Below are positions 37,959 to 52,942 of a stretch of DNA of 64,000 nucleotides, in pieces. This DNA comes from the human T2T-CHM13v2.0 reference genome, Homo sapiens, in NCBI RefSeq assembly GCF_009914755.1, contig NC_060927.1. One strand, given 5' to 3'. The translations under genes were made by a program, and so were the position numbers. Position 1 is the stretch's first letter, and every line of letters begins with the position of its first letter. The notes beneath the pieces were generated by a model. It was not told the DNA's origin and did no database searches. It saw only the letters and a program-made list of their open reading frames with translations.

Positions 37959-39879
37959 TCAAAAAAAAAAAAAAAAAACAAAACAGAAAAGATATGTAGT
38001 GCAAAAATGTAAGGAAACTAAGAAATCACAGCACATTATTAATAAACCAACTCTTGCTCCTCAAGACTTGGTATATTTTTAACTAGATTTTGGAATAATA
38101 TTTTATAGTTTCCAGTTACATGCCTACAATTATCTTTCTCTTGTTTTTACCAGCATCTATAGCAGATGTCAGATACAGAAAACAAAAACTAGAGTGTAGA
38201 AATATGTATCAATTTTCCTTTAACCCCTGCAGAGGAAAAAAAAAAAAAAAGCAGACATTTATGACTTTTTCTTCAAATCAACTCAGAAGAAGAGGTAAAA
38301 CCTCTAAGACCTTGAACATTCATTTATATTTAGGCCAATCTCATTTTCCCATCCGCGAACAGGCACTTTTCCTTATAATAGTATTGACAGTGGAAGAAAC
38401 CACAAAATTATTGTGGTCTGACCACAAAAATTATTTCTATACTACACATTTGCAGACTTTTACACATTTACTGAAAAGTATAGCTGTTTGCTAATGAGGA
38501 AAATAGATTTATCTGTTAATATGATTAGCCAGTGAGGAGCTCAAAATTTTAAAAAAAAGCAGGCCATCAAACACCCTGGTTTGTCTTTCAGTTCCTCTTT
38601 TGAATAGTTCTCTTCTGCCCATTTTAATAAGCAGGTGGCATATTTGCAGATTTGTGAATTTCTCTACAAGCTGACATGAAGAATACAAAAATAATGAAAA
38701 CATGCATATTTTATAAAGTGTGAATATTCACTATGAAAAAGGAAGGAAAGACCCAGAACTGGGAAATCTATCTTCTCTGTAAATGGTAAAGAAAGCTCAC
38801 ATCATATGAATATAAATTACTCTGGAAACAAGAAAATACAAGGCTAATCTAATAAATTAAGTTCTTAAGTTTAATTTTTCAAAAGGGCCAGGCACGGTGG
38901 CTCACGCCTGTAATCCTAGTACTTCAGGAGGCCGAAGTGGGTGGATCACTTGAGGTCAGGAGTTTGAGACCAGCCTGGCCAACATGGTGAAACCTCATCT
39001 CTACTAAAAATACAAAAATCAGCCGGGTGTGGTGGCAAGTGCCTGTGGTCCCAGCTACTTGGGAAGCTGAGGCAGGAGAATCGCTTGGACTTGAACCTGG
39101 GAGGCAGAGGTTGCAGTGAGCTAAGATCTGCCACCGCACTCCAGCCTGCACAAGAGGACCAGACTCTGTCTCAAAAAAAAAATTTTTTTTTTCAAAAGGT
39201 CATCATGAGATTGTTTTGTAAATGCCACTGATGCCCTTCCTTTTCCTGATTATTTTGATGATCCTCCTAAAATAAGCCTTAGAATTCATTCTTTCGTTGT
39301 TTTGGGTGTGCACATTAATTTGGCATTAATAAAAGAGTGCTTCAGACATAGTAGAGACTCAAAAATATTTGCTACATAAGTTAGAACATGAGTAAACCAT
39401 AAAACCAACCATGTACCAAACTAGTTATTATCAATAATTATTCATTCCTTTTAGAGAGTTTATCTACTTTTAATACCTCTATGTAAATATCTATCTAGAA
39501 ATAAAAGTTCTCCCACTTACTAGCTATGTAACCTTAGCTACATGCAATATATAACTTCATGTACTATATTGCCTAAGTCTATATTGTCATTTAGACTTAG
39601 GTTTTCTTCAACTGCAAAACAGGAATAATAATGCTGTATCTTCCTCCAGAGTTGGGAGGATTAAATGTGATAACAGATGTGAAAACATTCTGGATAATGT
39701 AAAGACAATTATCTACATTTCCAATACTCCATATCTCTGAGGACTGGCTAGATAAGACACTTAAACATTCTGGCAACTTTAGCTGGACATACCTAAAACC
39801 AGATTCATAATTTGACTCCCCAAGTCCGTTTTCCCCTCTAGTCTTTACAATCTTGAGTCTATTATATTAACTGCCTAGG

Positions 39880-40370
39880 CATTTTCTGGCATAAATCCCA
39901 ATAATCCCCACCTGCTGGTATTCTCACACCCTTGTGTGGGACTTGTTTCTGAAGAACAGTGAAAAGTGATGTGAATTCACCTCAGTGCTTAGGTTACAAA
40001 AGACTGTTAACTTCTCTCCAGGTAGCACTCTCTAGTCCTCTTACCTCCTCATTCTCAAGAAACAAGCTGCCAAGTTGTAAGATGCTCTGTGAAGAAGCCC
40101 ATGTGGCCAGTGAACAAAGGAGGTCTCTGGCCATCAGTTCATGAGGAACTGAGTTTTTTGTCCAATGGGCCAAAAGGAACTGAATTGCACCAAGAGTCTC
40201 ATGAATCAGCTAGGAAATGAATCCTTCCCAGTTCAGTCTTAAGAAAGACTCAGAGCCAGAAGACCCAGCTAAGCTGCACTGAGATTCCTGACCCAAAGAC
40301 ACTATGAAATAATAAATGCTGCTAATATATTAAATTTGGGGGTAATTTGTAATGCAGTAGTAGATACACT
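39880..40370 (+). mobile_element. MLT1F-like MaLR solo LTR
   Basis: GCCCATGTGGC, GAGGAACTGAG, GATTCCTGACCC and AAATTTGGGGGTAATTTGT motifs; boundaries approximate. Confidence 0.65.
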
Positions 40371-41726
40371 ATCTCACACTGTATTTCAAAATAAATTCCA
40401 GATAGATTAAAAAGTTAAATATGAGCCTGGGCAACATCGCAAGATCCTGCCTCTAGAAAAAAATTTTAAAATTAGCTGGGCATGGTGGTGTACACCTGTA
40501 GTCCCAGCTATTCCAGAAGCTGAATAGGAGGATCACTTGAGCCTAGCAGTTCAAGGCTGCAGTGAGCTATGATGGAGACACCACACTCAACCCTGGGAGA
40601 CAGAGAGAGACCTTGTCTCAAAAAAAAAAGTTAAATTGTAAAACTACCAAATTATTTTAAAACTTCATGAAAACAACTATTTATTTACTTAACTATTTTT
40701 GAGACAGGGTCTTGCTCTGTCACCCAGGCTTGAGTGCAGTGGCACAATCACAGCTCACTGGAGCCTAGAACTCAAGCAATCCTTCCACCTCAGCCTCCTG
40801 AGTAGGCATGCCACCATGCCTGGCTAATTTTTTAATTTTTTGTAGAGATGGGGTCTCTCTATGTTGCCCAGGCTAGTCTCAAACTGCTGGGCTCAAGTAA
40901 TGCTCCCACCTCAGCGCCCCAAAGTGCTAAGGATCAACACTTTGGGTGAGCTACAGTGCCAGCCAAAACCAAGTACTTATAAAAGTTACTTTTTATAATT
41001 AGAAATGGATGGAAAAGAGGAATAAGAGGTCTGACTTAAAAGTTTTCTGTGTGTCAAAAAAAATGAAATTAAATCTGAGGACTAGTGAAATATTTGCAGA
41101 AAGTATAGCAAAGAATTTATACAAAATTAAAATATATTGCATGTCATCACATGTTTATTAAATAAAGAACTAATATAAATTTCTCTGGAATTATAGTCAA
41201 GAAATCAGTAAAAGATAGCATTTCCAGAGAAGGAAACCGAGTGGCTGGGAAAGTATGTAAGGGAAATGTTTCATTGTATATACTCATCCCTTTACCTATT
41301 GAAAAGAAGAAAAATCAACAAAATATTTTTAAAGGAATATTGGTATTTAATGTTGACATTTTAATAAGAGATATCAAGCATATTAAAAAGAAAAATATTA
41401 AGACCTAACAGGAAATGTATAAAAAACACATATGTAGATGTTTCACAAAAGAAAAAAAAATGATCATAAAGAAAAATGAACTAAAAATGCATCAGAAACC
41501 TAAACATAAGCACTAAAACAAAACTCCTAGACAAACACATAAGTGTAAATCTTTGTCATCTTAAACTTCACAATGTTTTTTTAGATGTGACACAAAACTA
41601 TAACAAGAGAAGAAAAAACTCATTAGACTTCATGAAAATTAAAAACCATTGTGCTGCAAACAATATCATCAAGAAAGTTGTAAACCAAAAATAACATTCG
41701 AAGGCACCTCACAACCAACTTAATAG

Positions 41727-41836
41727 ACTCCCGGCTCTCTCCAGACCCAAATGTGAATGCCAGGGCCGCGGCGGCGCCCCAACCACAGCCCCATAGCAGG
41801 TCAGGACGAAGCGCCACGGACAGGGGACCCGCGGCC
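41727..41836 (+). repeat. Rearranged local duplication of two promoter segments
   Basis: 41727-41804 matches about 44087-44190; 41803-41836 matches 43776-43809. Confidence 0.9.
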
Positions 41837-41901
41837 CCTGCCACAGGTCACACACATACAAAAAAATCATGCTGATTCCAAAAGCGGGCCTAGACCTCTC
41901 A

Positions 41902-42274
<373 letters not shown>

Positions 42275-43258
42275 TCACTTCTATATGTTAATATAGTCAT
42301 GCATATTTCATACATATGAATATTATTCATGATAAATGTATATCCCTCACAAAATCTTGGCTTTAATCCCTTCCAAGTTTCACAAAAATTTCACAAGCAC
42401 AAATAAGCACAAAGGCTAAAAAGGACTACAGTTAGGCACATAGGAGTCAATCAAAACTTAAGAATTCATCCCTTTAGTTCCAATACGATGGGATGTGCTG
42501 GTTTGTTTCATTCATTCTTAAGGTTCTGGATAGTTCTTTCTCCCTACACTTCATATATGAAAAAACAAAAACAAAACTTGTTGCCTCTCCAGGACTCTCC
42601 TCCTGTTCCTTAAGTTGTTCATTCATATTAGTGAAAATTAACAAATATAGACTTTCTCATCAACACAGAGAGCATTGAAGTGGCCTGAGCAACGCAAACT
42701 GAACATCTCCAGGCTCAGGTTTAGTTTATCAGAGGCATTAGGATCTCTACCTTTGTCCTTGCATTCCAATTACTTATGTACATTCCCCTTTCCAAGTCAC
42801 AAATACCTTCAGGGCAAGAATCTTTTCTGATTCTGGAGAAGCTCTGGACAAGTAAGTTTTGAGCACCAGTATTTGCTACCCTCTCGAGAAAGCTGAGTTA
42901 AACAGTTCCTGCCCTCGCAGTCTATCAGAGAAAGCTGGCTTGTAAATAAATTGCAACATAGGCAAAAGCAGAAGTGAGTACAGAATTAAATCTGAGGAAG
43001 CATTAACTCTCTGACTGTAGAGGAAGTTCAGGGATACATTTCTGTGTTCCTCAAAAGGCCTTCCATAAATACCTGTTGAATGAACAAATGAATGGATTAA
43101 ATCTTTTAGGCGAGGTCCCAGATCCAAACGAGATGTATCAGTAGCTTCTGGAAGCCAGTGAAAAAACTTTTATCTTTCAACAATTGCGGGATGCAGCCTC
43201 CAGGGCATATTCACCCCTACCTCCACCTCGGGAAATAATTTTGGAGAAAGGAGCATAC

Positions 43259-43422
43259 CTGTACTGCCAGCCTTTTGCACTGCCACCGCGGCTGCTGCTG
43301 CTGCTACTGATTCCACCTCCACAGCTGCTGTTCTTGTTCGGGGTCACCGCTGTGGCCTGGCCCTCCAGCTTTCCTTCGCTCTCCGAGACTTTCATTGTGG
43401 ACACTGGTTCACCCCCCTGCAT
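43259..43422 (-). CDS. OSBPL11: OSBPL11 coding exon 1 (164 nt): MQGGEPVSTMKVSESEGKLEG...SSSSSSRGGSAKGWQY
   Basis: ATG at 43422 in context AAGATGC; matches the recalled ORP11 N-terminus; donor AG|GTATGC, phase 2; lies at the edge of the CpG island. Confidence 0.95.
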
Positions 43423-43699
43423 CTTAACGCCAAAGTCCACTTGCCCTTCTTGAGCGGGAGAGAACAATTCTGTAGTTCTGTAGGTGACTTTTTTTTTTTA
43501 AGATTTGATCTGAATATGATACCGGTTGCTAAATCACACGGCGGCTGGGGCGGGACTGTCAAATGGTCCAGAAAAGGAAGATACACATTCCCACAGAAGT
43601 TAAACTTTTGAGAGGGCAGGGGAAGCAACGAGGACAGATATCCTTCACATGTATCTCTCTCCTTTCCGGCAAAAGCAAGGAAGAAAAAGCATCCGGCGA

Positions 43700-44773
<1,074 letters not shown>

Positions 44774-45119
44774 GAGTGCCCGCCTTCCTAACCACGTCCT
44801 AGCCTTCCATTTGAGGGGCCGTTCCAGGCATTTTAGGAAGAAAGCTTACAAAAATAAGAAAGTACAAGAACGAAGCAAACATCTGTACGTTTTAGTTACT
44901 TGGGGTGGGGGGGGGCAAGCATGACATTGGAGTAAAGCCAATCATTATTATAAATTAAAAAGAAGCTGTCATGGAAATTAGAGATCTCAGAACAGAGCTA
45001 GGTACTCTTCCAGACCCCAGACAAATCTTTCACCTTGTTTAGGCCTTGGTTTTGGATTTGTAAAACAAGAGTGCATGGGTAGATTTCTAAAGTCTCTCCT
45101 AATTGCTAATTTTAGTTTA

Positions 45120-45308
<189 letters not shown>

Positions 45309-45366
45309 TTAAGAGGCTGAGACAGAAGAATCACTTGAGCCTGGGAGGCGGACGTTGCAGTGAGCC

Positions 45367-45840
45367 TGAGGAAGGAGAGAGACCCTCTCATATTGTTTTA
45401 TACTCAGTACCTGTTTTAAGAAAAAAAGAAACAGCAAGGAAGTAAAACCAAAGACAGGCAGCCCAGCGCCAGGCCGGAAACCAGGCCTGGGCCTGCCTGG
45501 CCTAAACTCAGTAGTTAAAAATCAACTCATAACTTAGAAACCGATGTTATTCATGGATTCCAGACATTGTGCAGAACATTGTGAAACTCCCTGCCCTGTT
45601 CTGTTTCTCTCTGACCACCGGTACATGCAGCCCCTGTCATGTACCGCTTGTTTGCTCAAATCAATCATGACCCTTTCATGTGAAATCTTTAGTGTCGTGA
45701 GCCCTTAAAAGGGACAGAAATTGTGCACTTGGGGAGCTCAGATTTTGAGGCAGTAGCTTGCTGATGCTCCCAGCTGGATAAAGCCCTTCCTTCTACAACT
45801 CGGTGTCTGAGAGGTTTTGTCTGCGGCTCATCCTACTAAA
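45367..45840 (+). mobile_element. Solo ERV1 LTR (LTR15-like) inserted in the right arm of an AluS (about 45136-45905)
   Basis: Alu breaks at GTGAGCC and resumes at AGCTGAGATT; 4-bp TSD AGCC/AGCT; starts TGAGGAAGGAGAGAGACCCTCTCATATTG. Confidence 0.8.
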
Positions 45841-46017
45841 AGCTGAGATTGCGCCACTGCACTCCAGCCTGGACAACAAGAGCAAGACTCAGTCTCAACG
45901 AAAGAAAGAAAAAAACAAAAACCGGCCGGGCATGGTGGCTCACTCCTGTAATCCCAGCACTTGGGGAGGCTGAGGTGGGCAGATCACGAGGTTAGGAGAT
46001 CGAGACCATCCTGGCTA

Positions 46018-47200
<1,183 letters not shown>

Positions 47201-47416
47201 TTAAAAAACAAATTCTCTAGCTGCATGGAGAATTAATTTTAGTGGGAGAAAAAGAGGAAGCGGGGCGACTAGGTAGGAGGATATTATAGGGAATGAGGGC
47301 AGAGATCATAGCGGCTTGGACTAGAGTGGTGGCAGTGGGGATAGAGAGAAGTAAATGGATCCAAGCTGTGTCTGGGATGGGGCTACAGTACTGCAAATGG
47401 ACTGGATTTGCAATAG

Positions 47417-48226
<810 letters not shown>

Positions 48227-48644
48227 TTATAATGCTTGTGGAGTCATGGCCATGGGAGTTGGTAGGATAGATGTTTTGTTTTGCTTTGTTTTAAAGCCAA
48301 AACTTTTTACCAAAATGTTTTACAATAGGATCTGAGTTTGACTGTTCCATTCAGCATCCAAAGAGAGAGGAGGACATATTGTTTGAATAAGGAAGGTAAA
48401 GAAATGTACTTTTTTGAAAGCCATCAAAGAAGGATGTGTACTTCATCTCTGTGCCTTCCCTACCAGTCTAGCTGGGTAAGAGATGAGGGTGCCCTGCCCA
48501 TGGAGAGAAGCTGCGTATGCATAGTGGTCAAGATCATGGTCTCTTCTATCAGACTGACACGCAGATTCCACTCCCTGTGACCTTAGGCAAGTTACCTAAC
48601 CTCTTTGTGCCTGTTTCATCACCTATAAAATAGGAGTAACTGTG

Positions 48645-48992
48645 TTACTCCCCAAATTTCTACAATGAAGGCCTAACTTCTATGCAATGGTATTTGGAGA
48701 TAGGGCCTTTGGGAGACACTTACGTTTTGATGAGGTCCTAATGATTGGATTAGTGCCCTTGTAAGAAGAGACACCAGAAAGCTAGCATGTACCATGCCCC
48801 AGCCCTCACCACCCCTGCCATGTGAGGGCACTTGGAGAAGACAGCTACCTGCAACCTAGGAAAAGAGCCGCCATCAGAAACTGACCATGCTGGTATCTTG
48901 ACCTTGGACTATCAGCCGCCAGAACTGTGAAAAAATAAATTGCTGTTGTTTAAGCCACCTAGTCTATGGTATTTTGCTATGGCAGCCAAGCC
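48645..48992 (+). mobile_element. MLT1A-like MaLR solo LTR inside a MIR
   Basis: GGTATTTGGAGATAGGGCCTTTGGGAG...CCAGAACTGTGA...TAAGCCACCTAGTCTATGGTATTTTG. Confidence 0.75.
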
Positions 48993-49430
48993 AGTCTCTC
49001 TCTTTGAGGGGTTGTCAGCATTAAATGAAACAACTCATGTCATTTAAGGCACTTAGACTCTGGTCTGACGCAGGATGAGCTAAGTGTTCAGCAACTGTTA
49101 GCCATTGTTTAGAAGGGTAGGGCTACCTGCTAAGTAAAACGAATGTTGGTGTTTGGTGAGGGCACCCTTCTGCTAGGGACATCTCTGAAGACACATCAAA
49201 CAACATATTTCTGAAGACATTCAACATATTTCTGTGGGAGAATGCCAGCTTTGTCTCCCAAATGCAATGGAGTTTTCAAGTTAGGAATTCTAATCAAAAG
49301 AGACCCATCAGAGTATGTACGATAAATGTAGAATTCTAAGAACATTACCTGAAATCACCCAGTTTGTGGGTGTCAGTGTGAAAATGTAGATACCTAAGGC
49401 CATGTCTGCTTCAGTGTCATCTCCTCCTAG

Positions 49431-49874
<444 letters not shown>

Positions 49875-50330
49875 TAAGCTCTGTGAAGAAAGACTTGGTT
49901 CTTTTTTTTCCCCACTACAGTGTCCCCAATACTTGACCATTGCTTGACACATTTGTTGAATGAGTGGATGAATTTATTACAGTGGTTAAGAACATGAACT
50001 TTGGCACAAGCCTTCAAATCCTGGCTCTGCCACTTAGTGCACGTGATCCTGGGGAGGTTACTTGCCTTGGTAAGCCTCAGTTTTTTCATCTGTAAAATGG
50101 AAAAATAGGATGAAATAAACGTGTAGAAGGCCAGGCATGATGGCTCACACCTGTAATCCCAGCACTTTGGGAGGCCAAGGCAGGTAATTGTTTGAGCCTA
50201 GAAATTCAAGATCAGACTTGACAACATGGTGAAACCCCATCTCTACAAAATAATACAAAAATTATGGGGCCAGGAGTGGTAGCTCACACCTGTAATCCCA
50301 GCACTTTGAGAGGCCGAGAAGGGAGGATCA

Positions 50331-50675
<345 letters not shown>

Positions 50676-50710
50676 TTAGCTAACCTGGGTGACAGAGCGA
50701 GACCCTGTCT

Positions 50711-50753
<43 letters not shown>

Positions 50754-52942
50754 TGCCTGATGTCTAGTGCACTAGAACAAATGCTGCCTGTTTTTATTTT
50801 CTCTCTCTAACCCTGACATGCAAGAAAGGGAAGTATGATTAGTTTCCTTGAAGCACAAGAACCCGCAGCTGGAATGAATGGGAGGATAGGCCACAGAGAA
50901 ACTCGGGGCAGGGTAGCAGGGAGCAGGGGTGCGGGAAACAGTGCTAATCCCATGAGAGGAGGGCAACACAGGGAGGAATGCAGCCAGGAAAAAAGTTCCC
51001 ACTGAGAATAAGGTTGTGAACCCAGAATTTCTTAAAAAAAGAAAACGAGACCGGGCGTTGCGGTTCACACCTGTAATCCCAGCACTTTGGGAGGCCAAGG
51101 TGAGTGGATCACCTGAGGTCCAGAGTTCGAGACCAGCCTGACGAACATGGGGAAACCCCCGTCTCTACTAAAAATACAAAATTAGCCAGGCGTGGTGGCG
51201 CATGCCTGTAATCCCAGCCACTCAGGAGGCTGGGGCAGAAGAATCGCTTGAACCCAGGAGGCGGAGGTTGCAGTGAGCCAAGATTGCACCATTGCATTTC
51301 AGCCTGGGCAACAAGAGCAAAACTCCGTCTCAAAAGAAAAAAAAAAAAAAAAAGAAAGAAAAGGAAGAAAGACATTCTGAGAAGACAAAGTGTTCACATT
51401 GATAATAGGTTTTACTACTTTGCTGAAACAGAGTTTCAATTAATCAAGAGATCCTCTACCTCCCACCACACTCGCCTGCAGTTTAGGCAGAAATCCTTTT
51501 GTGATTTCCCACTCTGATGGAGTGATTCAGCTGAAGGGCTCCAAGAGAGCAGCATTTCTCTTCAAACACTCCCCTGCCAAGCTCAAAGCTTGTAGTGGGA
51601 GTGAAAGAAATAGACACAGTTGGTGTTTTTATTTGAGAGGAGGAATGAAGGATGGGAAAGGAGAAAAAGAGTCTATTTTATTCCGATTTTGATAAAATGA
51701 AACTTCCCTCCCATTGTTTGCTTCTCTCCACAACTTTCCCTTGAATCCCTATTGAACTTAAAAGTATTTCACTGGAGCCTTTAAAACTGTATTATAAAAT
51801 GAGAACGCATTTATTTTAAAGCTATGTGTCCTTTTTGTCCGTTTTTAGACTCATTTGGCTAGTGCAGGTAGTATTTTGCTCACAGTTTCAATAAAATGCA
51901 CAGATTTAACTGCAGTCACGTGACCTTTCCATCGTCAAGTGGGGAATGCCAGGGGTTGCCATGGGAAAGGAGAGAGAAGGCAACTAATGCTTACTAGCAT
52001 GAAATGTCAGGGTTATGAATTCCGGGGAGCGCTCATGTAGATCAGCTTTTGAGATGGTATGTGAGTGTATTGTTTCCATGAAATGACTCATTTGACGGAG
52101 AACGTTGATTAATGTGAGAGGGCATGTGCCAATATTTCTTTTGAAAAAACTGCATCCCTTTACCAAAAGAAAAAAAAGGCAAACACTAGGGGAGCACTTT
52201 TCAATATGTACTCCACACAATATTGTGGGGTATTAGTAGGTGTTACTTGATTTAAAATTTTTCTTGCTGTGATTTCATACATTTGAAAAACACTAATTTT
52301 ATTTTAAGTGAGACTGGTTCCTTTATTGCAGAATTTCTTGGGGAATTTACTGTGCTAATGTGCATCATGAATCTTCATAAAGGAGATAGAAGGATGTGCC
52401 CAGAAAGCCCCTGGCAGGGAAGGAACTGCACCTTGGAAGGCTCTATGCAGCTAATTTTTTTACTTTGTAGAAATGCTTTTTGTGTGTGTTTTTTTGTTTT
52501 TTTTTTTTGAGAGGGAGTCTCGCTGTGTTGCCCAGGCTGGAGTGCAGTGGCAGAATCTCGGCTCACTGCAACCTCTGCCTCCTGGATTCAAGCAATTCTC
52601 CTGTCCCAGCCTTCTGAGTAGCTACAGGCATGTGCCACCACACCTGGCTAATTTTTATATTTTTTGTATTTTTAGTAGAGATGGGATTTCACCATATTGG
52701 TGAAACTGGTCTCGAACTCTTGACCTCAGGTGATCCACCCGCCTCGGCTTCCCAAGTGCTGGGATTACAGGTATGAGCCACCATGCCTAGCTGAGATGGG
52801 GTCTTGATATGTTGCCCAGGCTGGTCTCAAACTTCTGGGCTCAAATGATTCTCCTGCCTCAACCTCCCAAAATGCTGTGATTACAGACATAGGCCACCAT
52901 GCTTGGCCACTACAGCTTTAAAATGGAATTGGACAACCATAC

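Noticed and set aside
50712-50750. 39-nt pure poly(A) suggesting a young insertion
   Set aside because: It tails a diverged old Alu with a nested Alu; more likely homopolymer slippage
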